From: Nitrosopumilus sp.
GTDB taxonomy: Archaea > Thermoproteota > Nitrososphaeria > Nitrososphaerales > Nitrosopumilaceae
Reading direction: 5' to 3'
DNA: 64,000 bases
Assembly: GCA_965204345.1 (NCBI GenBank)
Contig: OZ241981.1
Location: 1,184,001 to 1,248,000, forward strand
Numbering within the stretch: the stretch's first letter is position 1; each line of letters starts with the position of its first letter. A program made the position numbers and the translations under genes. Shown here in pieces: positions 1-9,660 of the stretch. The notes under the pieces are model-generated. The model ran no database searches and was not told where the DNA came from. It saw nothing but the letters and a program-made list of their open reading frames with translations.

Positions 1-367
1 GTCGTTCAATTTCACTGTCCTTGAGTTTGACAGATTCTTTTACACTGTTTAATTCTAGAGACAGTTCGTTTTGAATCTGTTTTATTTCTGAGAGGCTTAC
101 CTGATTGCTATTAGTGGAAGTTTCAATGGTCTGTGTACTGCTCAAGCTTTTTTTTTCGCTGTGAGCTGGTGCGTGATTATGCATATAGTCAGTACTTTTC
201 TGGGAGATCCAACATGTAAAGGTCATAAACCAAGTAATTGGAACTGCCATTACGAAGATAAAGTTTAGAAGTGGGGCAAAATCAATAAAATAAGGCCAGA
301 GGCCAGTTAGTACAGCAGCAAAAACGCCGGTTACTAATGTAGCTAAGTGGTTACCAAGATATCCCAT
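1..367 (-). CDS. Membrane protein with two N-terminal hydrophobic segments and a coiled-coil-like tail (runs off the window start)
   Basis: Manual translation from ATG at 367: MGYLGNHLATLVTGVFAAVLTGLWPYF...LSEIKQIQNELSLELNSVKESVKLKDSEIER; open to position 1; not in the ORF track. Confidence 0.7.
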   Translation of the reverse strand, partial: MGYLGNHLATLVTGVFAAVLTGLWPYFIDFAPLLNFIFVMAVPITWFMTFTCWISQKSTDYMHNHAPAHSEKKSLSSTQTIETSTNSNQVSLSEIKQIQNELSLELNSVKESVKLKDSEIER

Positions 368-449
368 AACCTTGTGAAAATTTCATTATTTATAACAGTA
401 ATGCTGAAAATCAAAAAATAATATAATTAAAAAGAAAAAAGAGCTGAAT

Positions 450-680
450 TTATTCGTCTTCAGCAGAGGTGGTAGTTGTTTTTGGCATATCAGATTGTAA
501 GATTTGGATTTTTTGCAATAATTCGGTTCGTAGATCTCTTGCAACTCTTCTTACAGTTGGCCTTGGAACACCAAGTTCATCAACTACTTTGGTGTAAATA
601 TCCTGCTTGTCGGTCACTCCTCTGTCAAGATAAGAATTAATCGCTTCTTTAATTATCGTGCTTTGGTTTGTACGATTCAA
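450..680 (-). CDS. Small hypothetical protein, possible HTH DNA-binding protein
   Basis: 76 aa ORF, TTG start; VVDELGVPRPTVRRVARDLR resembles a helix-turn-helix. Confidence 0.6.
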   Translation of the reverse strand: MNRTNQSTIIKEAINSYLDRGVTDKQDIYTKVVDELGVPRPTVRRVARDLRTELLQKIQILQSDMPKTTTTSAEDE

Positions 681-927
681 CGAATTCTAAATTTTAATTG
701 TTCTATATAAGACTATAACTTTTAAAATTCTAAAATTTCCCCATCTAACAAATTTAAATTAGATAGTTTTTTTGAAATAAAAAATTTCCAAAAGACTATA
801 ACAATAAATTTACTAACGAAAAACGTACTGATAGTTATAGATTTTTCAATATTGTTAAAGTATCTACAGGTATTTTTCAAACGGTTTTCGCAAAAGACTA
901 TTAAGATGTATTTCCAGATTTATTCTA

Positions 928-1404
928 ATGACAACAGTTAGTATTGAAACTAATTTAGGAAATATTTCATTCAAATTGTTACCTGAATTAGCCCCAGAAA
1001 CTGTTAGAAATTTTCAAAAATTAGCCCAAGATGGATTTTATGATGGCACTCTTTTCCACAGAGTCATTCCTGGATTTATGATTCAAGGCGGCGATCCTAA
1101 TACAAAAACAGATAACAAGGGTTCATGGGGAATGGGAGGCCCAGGATACAATATAAAAGCTGAATTTAGTTCCAGATCTCATTTGCGAGGCATAGTTTCC
1201 ATGGCTAGATCACAGGATCCAGATAGTGCAGGCTCACAGTTCTTTATTGTTACAGCAGATAGTACATTTTTGGATAGACAATATACGGTATTTGGCGAAG
1301 TAACAGAGGGAATGGATGTTGCTGATAAAATTGTAAATCTTAAAAGAGATGGAAATGATTGTCCATTAGAAAAAGCTCAAATGCTTCACGTAGTAGTGGA
1401 ATAA
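928..1404 (+). CDS. Cyclophilin-type peptidyl-prolyl cis-trans isomerase
   Basis: FHRVIPGFMIQGGDP, SMARSQDPDSAGSQFFI and YTVFGEV cyclophilin motifs. Confidence 0.95.
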   Translation: MTTVSIETNLGNISFKLLPELAPETVRNFQKLAQDGFYDGTLFHRVIPGFMIQGGDPNTKTDNKGSWGMGGPGYNIKAEFSSRSHLRGIVSMARSQDPDSAGSQFFIVTADSTFLDRQYTVFGEVTEGMDVADKIVNLKRDGNDCPLEKAQMLHVVVE

Positions 1405-2334
1405 ATGAAGATAATTATTGTATTTACCATCATCTCACTAATTCTAGTTATTCCTCCTGTAAACGCTCAAGGAATTGATATAGGTGAAAAGGCAAAACAA
1501 AAGTTAGTGGAAATGACAATTAGTAAAAATGGAGATATCCATGTCAAACATGTTGTAGGATCTTCTAAAATTCCAATACAAGTGGATTTGATTGATGGCA
1601 CTATTCAAAATTTAACGATAACAGATGAGGATGGCAAAAAGCAATTACCAACAATGGTTGGAGATGGCGATGCAGTATTAATTTTACCATCAAGTAGCGA
1701 TTCTACTGTTGAATATCAGTTAGAAGATACATTATTGTTAAAAGATAATATTTGGACCTTGGATTTTTTATATTTGGAAACAACTGACTTTATTATGCCT
1801 GAAGAAGTTGATTTAGTTTTTGTAAATGATAGCCCGTTATACTTGGATGATAAAAAAGGATTTTCTTGTCATGGCTGTCAGGTAATTTTAGAATACTCAT
1901 TTGACGAACCAAGGATAATAAAAGAAGTTAATTGGGAAGATAAAAAATTTCTAGTAGAAATTAGAACATTTGCAGATATAGAAAAATTTGGTTTTAGCCA
2001 ATCTGCAAAGGAAATCAGCATTGAGATAAATGGAAACAATCAATTTGTTACAACAATAGTACCTTTAGAATTATTGTGGGGTCCATATGCAGTATTTCTT
2101 GACGATAAAAAAATTGGTTTTCAAGATTACAAAAATAATGGCACTCATGTTTGGATTAATATGAGACCAGATGTGTCAGGTGAAATTACGGTTATAGGAA
2201 CTACAGTTGTACCTGAATTTCCGATTGTTGCTCCTTTGATTATCGGGTTTTTGATAATTCTTATCATTCCATTAATAAAAAGGATTAATCCCCACCAGAT
2301 CCACATGAGCAAAAACCATATTCATCAATTCTAA
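1405..2334 (+). CDS. Secreted surface protein with PEF(G)-CTERM-like anchor
   Basis: N-terminal signal peptide; C-terminal VIGTTVVPEFP followed by a TM helix and basic residues. Confidence 0.8.
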   Translation: MKIIIVFTIISLILVIPPVNAQGIDIGEKAKQKLVEMTISKNGDIHVKHVVGSSKIPIQVDLIDGTIQNLTITDEDGKKQLPTMVGDGDAVLILPSSSDSTVEYQLEDTLLLKDNIWTLDFLYLETTDFIMPEEVDLVFVNDSPLYLDDKKGFSCHGCQVILEYSFDEPRIIKEVNWEDKKFLVEIRTFADIEKFGFSQSAKEISIEINGNNQFVTTIVPLELLWGPYAVFLDDKKIGFQDYKNNGTHVWINMRPDVSGEITVIGTTVVPEFPIVAPLIIGFLIILIIPLIKRINPHQIHMSKNHIHQF

Positions 2335-2440
2335 CATTACAAATTGCACATTTTTCACCATAGTCTACTTCCCATGGCTCTTTTCCAAAAAGCTTGAAAT
2401 GATCATCAATTTCTATGGGTATTTCTCTTTTCTTTTCCAA
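2285..2440 (-). CDS. 51-aa Cys-rich microprotein (CxxC...CxC zinc-finger-like)
   Basis: Manual translation from TTG 2440: MEKKREIPIEIDDHFKLFGKEPWEVDYGEKCAICNVRIDEYGFCSCGSGGD*; below the ORF-track size cutoff. Confidence 0.65.
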   Translation of the reverse strand: MEKKREIPIEIDDHFKLFGKEPWEVDYGEKCAICNVRIDEYGFCSCGSGGD

Positions 2441-2489
2441 TCATTTGTATATACACTGCAACTATACATATCATTATCGGAATAATATC

Positions 2490-2681
2490 ATGAAAATTGA
2501 ATGCGGTTGTCACTGTATAAAATGCAAAAGTATGGATCTAGAATCAAATAGAATCGGGGAAATTGAAAAAGATGGATACTTTGAGATGCATCATACATGC
2601 AAGCAGTGCAATACACATTTTGATCACTTAGATGGAGAGATTTTTTCTAAATGTGGTACGTGTAATTATTATCCTAGTTAG
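2490..2681 (+). CDS. Small Cys/His-rich zinc-binding protein
   Basis: Likely start ATG 2490 (MKIECGCHCIKC...HHTCKQC...CGTC) inside track ORF 2415..2681. Confidence 0.7.
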   Translation: MKIECGCHCIKCKSMDLESNRIGEIEKDGYFEMHHTCKQCNTHFDHLDGEIFSKCGTCNYYPS

Positions 2682-3162
2682 TCACTAGAGATTCTTGAGT
2701 AAAATAGTGCGTTCTGTTTTCTTCAGAATTCTTCAAAATTTGTTTGTTAAAAACCATTTTTGCCAATACCTTTGAGACATCCAATGGACTAGCAGCCCAG
2801 CCGTATTCTCTAAGCTGCTGTACAGTCTCAGTGACTGTTCTTGGGGAATCAAAAAATCTGCCTGTTTCCAGAATTCCTAGTTTTGATTTAATTTCATGGG
2901 ATGTGATAGATTTTGGTTCATTAAATTCAGATTCAAATGCTTCAGCATCATCTAAAGTTTCTAAACCAAATTGATTTGAATGTTCAGTCTCAGATGATTG
3001 CTGGGAATCATATTCATGCACAACTTTAGCTTGATTTTCAGGCAAACAACGTAAAATATTATCAATTATCTCCCCTAACGTCTGATTATCAACGTAAAAA
3101 TCTCTAGAATCTACCTCAATCTCATTTTCTCCTATCTTGAGTTTAATTCTAGCCAATGACAA
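2674..3162 (-). CDS. Hypothetical protein with possible C-terminal winged helix
   Basis: 162 aa ORF; C-terminal FFDSPRTVTETVQQLREYGW...HYF resembles a wHTH. Confidence 0.6.
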   Translation of the reverse strand: MSLARIKLKIGENEIEVDSRDFYVDNQTLGEIIDNILRCLPENQAKVVHEYDSQQSSETEHSNQFGLETLDDAEAFESEFNEPKSITSHEIKSKLGILETGRFFDSPRTVTETVQQLREYGWAASPLDVSKVLAKMVFNKQILKNSEENRTHYFTQESLVTN

Positions 3163-3287
3163 ATAATGGGTTAATTTTGATTTATTCTGTTAGCTCTAAT
3201 GAGGTTTAAGATTAGATCAAAACTTTTACACAATTTATTGGAAATTTTTTCCTTTTTAGTTGAAATATAATTTTGTGATTACTAGTC

Positions 3288-3740
3288 ATGGATACATCAA
3301 AGAAGGGAAGTATTATCGTTCTAGTTTTGGTATGTATAGGCATTTTTGGCTACTCACAATATGCCTCAGCCTCTGAAATAGAAGTAAACATTACTCAAAG
3401 TGAATTATTTGATAAGAATGAGAACGGGCTTAACTATAATGTAGAATTACAATTTGAAAACCCCTCATTATTATTATTAAATGCAGGTGAGACAGAATTC
3501 TTTGTTATTTCTAATGACATAATGGTTGGAAAAGGAGAGTTAGAGCCATTCATGTTACAGCCATTAGATAGCAGTTATGTCAAAGGAACATTTTACACAG
3601 ATTCTAGCATCAATCAAGAGGTTGGATCAGTAAAAATTACAGGTGTAATGAAATATGATGCGTTTGTCACATCTATTGATATTCCGTTTGTATACTATCC
3701 AACAGAAGAACAGGCGAGAGAATTTATACATCAAAATTAA
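3288..3740 (+). CDS. Membrane-anchored exported protein (LEA/WHy-like beta-rich)
   Basis: N-terminal TM segment; beta-rich body with ENP motif. Confidence 0.55.
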   Translation: MDTSKKGSIIVLVLVCIGIFGYSQYASASEIEVNITQSELFDKNENGLNYNVELQFENPSLLLLNAGETEFFVISNDIMVGKGELEPFMLQPLDSSYVKGTFYTDSSINQEVGSVKITGVMKYDAFVTSIDIPFVYYPTEEQAREFIHQN

Positions 3741-3751
3741 TTTTTAATTAA

Positions 3752-4645
3752 ATGTTAACTGTTTTTGGATCTACAGCATTAGACACTATTAGAACTCCAA
3801 AAAAAACTCTAAAAAACGTATTGGGAGGAGCAGCTACATTTGCAGCAATTTCTGCAAGTAATTTTGTGGATACAAGGTTAATTGCAGTGGTCGGAACGGA
3901 TTTTCCAAAACAGCATCATAAAATTTTATCAAAATATGTCGATTTACAGGGATTGACTATCAAAGACGGTAAGACATTTCGTTATGATGGAAAATATGAC
4001 AATACCTTGAGTACAAGATCAACATTAAAAACTGAATTAAATGTGCTTGGTGACTTCAAGGCCAGAGTTCCTGAAGCCTATAAAAAATCTCAATTTGTAT
4101 ATCTTGCAAATAATGATCCAGAACAAAATACGTCATTGATCAAGGAATTTGACAAAGTCAAGTTTTCTATGTGTGATACGATAGATTTTTGGATTTCTAC
4201 AAAACGCGAGGCGGTAATTAAGATGATCAAGGCAGTTGATGCAGTCGTAATTAATGACGAAGAGGCTAAACTTCTAACTAAGGAATTCAATCTGATAAAA
4301 TGTGCAAAGAAGATGATGCGATGGGGTGCAAAATACGTCATAATCAAAAAAGGTGAGCATGGTTCTTTGATGTTTTATGATGATGTTATTTTTCCTACAG
4401 CGGGATTTTCATTAGAAGACGTTGTTGATCCTACCGGGGCAGGAGATTCTTTTGCAGGAGCAATGATAGGATATCTGGCAAGTAAAAAATCCACTAAGAT
4501 TTCAGATATTAAAAAGGCAGTTGTTTATGGAAATGTCTTAGGATCATTTGCAGTTGAGCGGTATGGATTAGATGGTTTGCTAAAAATAAAAAATGGCGAC
4601 ATTGCAAAACGCGTAAAGACATATGAAAAAATGATTCGCTTCTAA
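3752..4645 (+). CDS. PfkB/ribokinase-family carbohydrate kinase
   Basis: GGAATFAA N-terminal signature and DPTGAGDSFAG C-terminal PfkB signature. Confidence 0.92.
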   Translation: MLTVFGSTALDTIRTPKKTLKNVLGGAATFAAISASNFVDTRLIAVVGTDFPKQHHKILSKYVDLQGLTIKDGKTFRYDGKYDNTLSTRSTLKTELNVLGDFKARVPEAYKKSQFVYLANNDPEQNTSLIKEFDKVKFSMCDTIDFWISTKREAVIKMIKAVDAVVINDEEAKLLTKEFNLIKCAKKMMRWGAKYVIIKKGEHGSLMFYDDVIFPTAGFSLEDVVDPTGAGDSFAGAMIGYLASKKSTKISDIKKAVVYGNVLGSFAVERYGLDGLLKIKNGDIAKRVKTYEKMIRF

Positions 4646-4688
4646 AAAAAAAGACTTAAGTTCAATAATTTCCCAAATTAATTTATCA

Positions 4689-5039
4689 TTGGCACAAGAA
4701 ACATCTCAAAAAGATCGGCTAGACACCATATTCAAACTTCAACAAGGCCTATCAGACATGATGAAATTGGATAGGTATCCAAAAGATGTCGAGGGAAGAG
4801 TCTCTGTATTATGTACAGCAATTATGCACGAGGCAGTTGAGCTACAAAGAACAACTAAATGGAAATGGTGGAAGACCCCAGTTGAATTTAACGAATCTGA
4901 AGCAAGAGAAGAGTTGATTGATATTTGGCATTTCGTTGTACAGGCATCTTTGGAACTAAAACTTACACCTGATGATATTTTAGATGAGTACAAAAAAAAG
5001 AATAAGATAAATCGTGAAAGACAGCTAACTGGATATTAA
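4689..5039 (+). CDS. Dimeric all-alpha dUTPase (dUTPase_2/MazG superfamily)
   Basis: HEAVEL...KWKWWK...EELIDIWHF...YKKKNKINRERQ motifs. Confidence 0.88.
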   Translation: MAQETSQKDRLDTIFKLQQGLSDMMKLDRYPKDVEGRVSVLCTAIMHEAVELQRTTKWKWWKTPVEFNESEAREELIDIWHFVVQASLELKLTPDDILDEYKKKNKINRERQLTGY

Positions 5040-5044
5040 AAAAT

Positions 5045-5512
5045 CTAAATTTGTTCTGCAATTAACTTAAAATCAGTTTGATTAATTAGATTTACTAGCC
5101 TTACATTATCCTGGAAATATTTTATTTCTGATACTGATACTGTAAGATGGGGATCAGGACTGGTGGAATTAATTATTTTATTGTTTTTATCAGTCCCATT
5201 TTTATGTAATTCAAATAAAGAATGGCCGGATTTGTGACCCCAAACCTCTTTTCCACAAACAACAATGGAGTCAACTTGGGGATTTTCATTTACATATCTG
5301 ACAATAGAATCAATTCCCTTATTTTCAGATAAAAGACGTCCTACAATAGATATTTCATTTAGAAATTCAGAATTTGCAAATTTTTTCAGTAAATCTATGC
5401 TTGAAAGAGTGCAAACTGCTACGGGGGATTCTGAATTACCAAGGTAAAAATTTTCATTGATGGGCAAAATGACCCTGCATAATTCACCAATAGCCTCGCC
5501 TATTGCATTCAT
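5045..5512 (-). CDS. Stand-alone MtrA-like (tetrahydromethanopterin S-methyltransferase subunit A) domain protein
   Basis: SPVAVCTLSS, ENKGIDSIVRYVNENP and VCGKEVWGHKSGHSL match the MtrA soluble domain, including the His in GH. Confidence 0.8.
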   Translation of the reverse strand: MNAIGEAIGELCRVILPINENFYLGNSESPVAVCTLSSIDLLKKFANSEFLNEISIVGRLLSENKGIDSIVRYVNENPQVDSIVVCGKEVWGHKSGHSLFELHKNGTDKNNKIINSTSPDPHLTVSVSEIKYFQDNVRLVNLINQTDFKLIAEQI

Positions 5513-6594
5513 AATATCTCATGCATTGTTTTGGCAATAAACTCAATATTTTTTTGAGTTACACCCGGATGAATTGGTAAAGAGAGTACGCGGGCAGATG
5601 CCCAATCAGTAACAGAAAGTTTTGTTTTTAATTTGTAAAACGGGGTTTTATGAACCGGTATTGGATAGTATGATACAGCGCCTATTCCTTTCTCATTTAA
5701 TTTTTTTAATAATTTATTACGTTTATCTGACGAAATCGTATAAAGATACCAATTTACATTTTCATTTTTTCTTTCAACAGGTAATTCCACCTTAAGATCT
5801 GAAATTAATTGCGACAAAAGTTTGGCATTACTCCTTCTAGATTTTAAAAATTTGGGAAGTTTTTTCATCTGTACAGTTGCAATTGCTGCACTAATTTCCG
5901 GCAATCTCAGATTCAGACCAAATATTCTAGTATCATATCCATGTACCATGCCATGATTTCTAATCATCAATAATTTATCGCGGAGGTTTTTGTCATCAGT
6001 TACAACAAAACCTCCCTCACCGGCAGTCATGACTTTAGCAGGATACATACTATAACATCCCATCTCAAAAAAAGTTCCGGTATGTTTTCCCTTGTAAGTT
6101 GAACCCAAGGATTGTGCAGAATCTTCAATGATAGGAATATTATATTTTTTAGAAATTTCAGATAATCTTTCAATAATTGCGACATTGCCATAAAGATGAA
6201 CCGGAATTATTGCACGGGTTTTTTTAGTAATTTTTTTTTCTAGATCACTAGGATCAATGGTAAAATTTTCTTTTAAAATATCAACAAAAACCGGTCTTGC
6301 TCCAGTAGAAACAACTGCATTTGCAGTTGCTATAAACGTAAAAGAAGGAACTAGGACTTCATCTCCCTTTTTGATATCCAGTGCATATAGGGCTGCCTGT
6401 AAAGCTGCAGTACCAGAATTTACGGCAACAGCATATTTTGAGTTTACAAAAGATGCGGCAGATTTTTCAAAATTTTGGACATATTTTCCTCCCAAATTGG
6501 CAGCAGATGTTAGTACGCCATTTTTTAGAATAGATGTGACTGCAAATATCTCTTCCTTGCCTACAAGAGGAATGTTAATTGCAACTTTCAACAT
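5509..6594 (-). CDS. DegT/DnrJ/EryC1/StrS-family PLP aminotransferase
   Basis: AVNSGTAAL, PVHLYG, IEDSAQ and SMYPAKVMTAGEGG (PLP lysine). Confidence 0.93.
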   Translation of the reverse strand: MLKVAINIPLVGKEEIFAVTSILKNGVLTSAANLGGKYVQNFEKSAASFVNSKYAVAVNSGTAALQAALYALDIKKGDEVLVPSFTFIATANAVVSTGARPVFVDILKENFTIDPSDLEKKITKKTRAIIPVHLYGNVAIIERLSEISKKYNIPIIEDSAQSLGSTYKGKHTGTFFEMGCYSMYPAKVMTAGEGGFVVTDDKNLRDKLLMIRNHGMVHGYDTRIFGLNLRLPEISAAIATVQMKKLPKFLKSRRSNAKLLSQLISDLKVELPVERKNENVNWYLYTISSDKRNKLLKKLNEKGIGAVSYYPIPVHKTPFYKLKTKLSVTDWASARVLSLPIHPGVTQKNIEFIAKTMHEIL

Positions 6595-6658
6595 TATTCC
6601 TGTTTATAACTAGTCTATAAATCTCAGCAAAGAAACATGAATTTTTATATTTCAAGAT

Positions 6659-7240
6659 TTGGCAAACGGCATCATGAAACCGCATCACTTAGAAAAATCA
6701 GATCCAAGCTACAGAGTCTATCTATACATTTTCTACATCTGCGGTTTCATAATGGCAGCATCGCTAGTTTTTGGCGTATATGTTACCATGACAGAGTGGT
6801 TAAAAAATGGAACTTATATCATGGGTGAGGCAATTCACAATACAACTATTCCATTTGAAAATTTTGCTAGGGTGTCAACTTGGATATTTTTTTCCACAAT
6901 AATTGGTTGGTATTGTGTTGCAAGAATAGGATGGAGAAGAACAGCTGGTGATAAGATAATTGGTACAAGAATGGCATTACTTCAACTAATGTTGTTAGGA
7001 TTTTCAATAATTTGTCTCTACGAAGTATTATACAATTTTACAGTGTTAAATGCACAAATGACAGCAGGAATAATAGATGGGATGGTTCCAGATATAGATA
7101 AATTATCGGTGGCTTATCCAGATCCGGATAGACCGTGGAATTTGGTTTTTGCAACCAAGGTATTTCTTGCAGCTTTTATCATTAGTACTCATGCATTCTA
7201 TCTCAGTGTAAAACCAAGAAAAAGGCTAGATGAACAATAA
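6659..7240 (+). CDS. Multi-pass membrane protein, unknown function
   Basis: About four hydrophobic segments in 193 aa. Confidence 0.7.
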   Translation: MANGIMKPHHLEKSDPSYRVYLYIFYICGFIMAASLVFGVYVTMTEWLKNGTYIMGEAIHNTTIPFENFARVSTWIFFSTIIGWYCVARIGWRRTAGDKIIGTRMALLQLMLLGFSIICLYEVLYNFTVLNAQMTAGIIDGMVPDIDKLSVAYPDPDRPWNLVFATKVFLAAFIISTHAFYLSVKPRKRLDEQ

Positions 7241-7280
7241 ATTTTAAAAACTATTTCTACTTTGCTTGATTTATAGCAAT

Positions 7281-7469
7281 ATGGGATTATTTGGGTCTAA
7301 CAAAAATGAATTAAAATGCAAAAAATGTGGGACCATTCTGCCTGATTCTGACAGATTAAAAAAACACCAACAAAAAGCTCATAACAAGAAAAAGGAAAAA
7401 TGCAGAGCCTGTGGCGCTGAATTTGATTATTCTGAAGAACTAAGAAAGCATAAAAAGAATTGCAAGTAA
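7281..7469 (+). CDS. Small tandem C2H2-type zinc-finger protein
   Basis: Likely start ATG 7281 (MGLFGS); CKKC...HQQKAH and CRAC...HKKNC. Confidence 0.8.
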   Translation: MGLFGSNKNELKCKKCGTILPDSDRLKKHQQKAHNKKKEKCRACGAEFDYSEELRKHKKNCK

Positions 7470-7470
7470 A

Positions 7471-7680
7471 TTATTTGGATAGTCCAGATTCGTATTTTGG
7501 CTGTCTTCTCAAAGCTTTTTCAATCGAGTCCAAATTTGCAATTTCATTTTTAGAATTCATTGAGAGCACTTTTATCATTTCTGGGCCTAATTGTACTGAT
7601 TGTTCAGGTAATGTTTCTAGGAATTTTTCAAGAGCCTTCTTGTAATTAGCAATTAACTCTAATCCTTCTTCAAGGGCCAT
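7471..7680 (-). CDS. Small hypothetical helical protein
   Basis: 69 aa ORF, ATG start, fills the gap between neighbours. Confidence 0.6.
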   Translation of the reverse strand: MALEEGLELIANYKKALEKFLETLPEQSVQLGPEMIKVLSMNSKNEIANLDSIEKALRRQPKYESGLSK

Positions 7681-7732
7681 AAATAATCTATAGATATCCA
7701 GTATTCAAATCTTCTAATCTCAAAAGAAAATT

Positions 7733-8821
7733 TTGAATAACTTTATACGTTTACTTCTCAAAAGTTGTTTTGATTTGGATATTGCAGAGAAGGTAGACCT
7801 GATTCAGAGACCTCCTACTGAAGAAGTAGTGACTCAAGAAAAACTAATGGAATTATTCAAAACAAACTCATCGCCAAACCATTACATTGGTTTGGAAATT
7901 TCCGGATTTCTGCATCTTGGAAGTTTGATTAGTACAGGTTTTAAAATTAATGACTTTGTAAAAGCTGGAGTAAAATGCAAGATATTTCTTGCAGATTGGC
8001 ATACTCTGATAAATGATAAGCTTGGTGGAGATTGGGAAACAATTGAAAAAGTTTCAAAATACTATCAAGATGCTTTCAGACTAGTCTGTCCTGATGCTGA
8101 AATAATTCTTGGCTCAAAATTATATGAAGAAAAAACAGAATACTGGTCCAATCTTGTCAAATTTACAAAACATATGTCGATTGCTAGAACGATGAGAACG
8201 TTAACTATAATGGGAAGATCAGAAGATGACAAAAAAATTGATGTTGCAAAATTACTATATCCAGCAATGCAGGCAGTTGATATTCATTCGCTAGATGTTG
8301 ATATTGCACATGCCGGGATGGATCAGAGAAAGATACACATGCTTGTAAGAGAAATATTTCCCAAAATGAAATGGAAGGTTCCTGTTGCAGTTCATCACAA
8401 ACTATTGCCAGGACTTTCAAAGCCTGCTGATTGGAATGATGACAAAATAGTAGGAAAAATGAGTAAATCAGATCCAAACTCAGGCGTATTTATTCACAAT
8501 ACTGATGATGAGATTAGGAAGAAAATAAGCAAAGCATGGTGTGAAGAGGCTAATATACAAAACAATCCTCTGCTTGAAATCTCAAGATCTGTAATCTTTC
8601 ATGAATTTAATGAAATGAAAGTGGAAAGGCCTGAAAAATTTGGTGGAAATGTGTCATACGCTGATTATAGCCAGATAGAAAAAGACTTTGCAGAAAGAAA
8701 ATTGCATCCGGGAGATTTGAAACAGGCCGTTGGAAATTATTTGGTAGAGATAGTTTCTCCAATCAGAAACAAGCTAAACCTTACTGATGAATTAACTGAG
8801 GTCATTGAGAAAAGCTTTTAA
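7733..8821 (+). CDS. tyrS: Tyrosyl-tRNA synthetase (archaeal type); real start probably TTG 7775
   Basis: YIGLEISGFLHLG (HIGH-like), YPAMQAVDI, GMDQRKIH and KMSKS motifs. Confidence 0.95.
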   Translation: MNNFIRLLLKSCFDLDIAEKVDLIQRPPTEEVVTQEKLMELFKTNSSPNHYIGLEISGFLHLGSLISTGFKINDFVKAGVKCKIFLADWHTLINDKLGGDWETIEKVSKYYQDAFRLVCPDAEIILGSKLYEEKTEYWSNLVKFTKHMSIARTMRTLTIMGRSEDDKKIDVAKLLYPAMQAVDIHSLDVDIAHAGMDQRKIHMLVREIFPKMKWKVPVAVHHKLLPGLSKPADWNDDKIVGKMSKSDPNSGVFIHNTDDEIRKKISKAWCEEANIQNNPLLEISRSVIFHEFNEMKVERPEKFGGNVSYADYSQIEKDFAERKLHPGDLKQAVGNYLVEIVSPIRNKLNLTDELTEVIEKSF

Positions 8822-9612
8822 ATTTTAAGATTAGGATTTGTCTGTTCTTCTAAATTATATTTTGATTTGTATCCTCTTGGGTTAATCATCAAGTCTTTGT
8901 AAGTATATGTAGATGAATTTCCAATGATTACAGTACTAATCATGCCTAACTGATCTGAATGATCAGGCAAATTTTCTAAATTAGTCACTACAACGGTTTC
9001 AGATTCTCTAAATGCACCTTTGATGATTGCAACAGGCGTAGTTGGTTTTCTATACTTTAAGAGAATTTTTCTTGTATCTTGTAATTGATGAGTTCTTTTC
9101 TGGCTTGCAGGATTGTAAATGACGACGACAAAATCGCCTTTTGCCGCAGCCTCAACTCGTTTTGAAATAATTTCCCATGGAACTAGTAAATCACTCATGC
9201 TAACTACTGCAAAATCAGACATTAATGGTGAGCCAATTATTGATGCACATGAATTAAGAGCAGAGACGCCGGGAACAATTTCAACTTGTAAATCATCTTT
9301 AGGACTCCATCCGGATTCGGCCAGCGTTTCATAGATTAATCCGGCCATCCCATAGATTCCAGGATCTCCACTTGAAACAAGCGAAACAATTTTCCCAGAT
9401 TTTGCAAGATCAATACACTGATGAGCTCTTTCAACCTCCTGAGTCATGGCATAACGATGAACGGTTTTGCCTGCAATTAGATCCTGAACCAAATTTACAT
9501 AAGTTTCATAGCCTACAATCGTATCACTTTCACCAATCACTTCTTTTGCTCTAAATGTCATGTGATCATGATGGCCGGGACCGATGCCAACAATGTAGAG
9601 TTTGCCAGTCAA
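8818..9612 (-). CDS. cobJ: Precorrin-3B C17-methyltransferase (cobalamin synthesis)
   Basis: YIVGIGPG, SSGDPGIYGMA, SMSDLLVPWEII and NPRGY motifs of CobJ/CbiH. Confidence 0.93.
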   Translation of the reverse strand: MTGKLYIVGIGPGHHDHMTFRAKEVIGESDTIVGYETYVNLVQDLIAGKTVHRYAMTQEVERAHQCIDLAKSGKIVSLVSSGDPGIYGMAGLIYETLAESGWSPKDDLQVEIVPGVSALNSCASIIGSPLMSDFAVVSMSDLLVPWEIISKRVEAAAKGDFVVVIYNPASQKRTHQLQDTRKILLKYRKPTTPVAIIKGAFRESETVVVTNLENLPDHSDQLGMISTVIIGNSSTYTYKDLMINPRGYKSKYNLEEQTNPNLKI

Positions 9613-9660
9613 TTTTTAAAAGAAATTTTTTGCCAAGTAATTTATCCGTTTAGCGGGATC

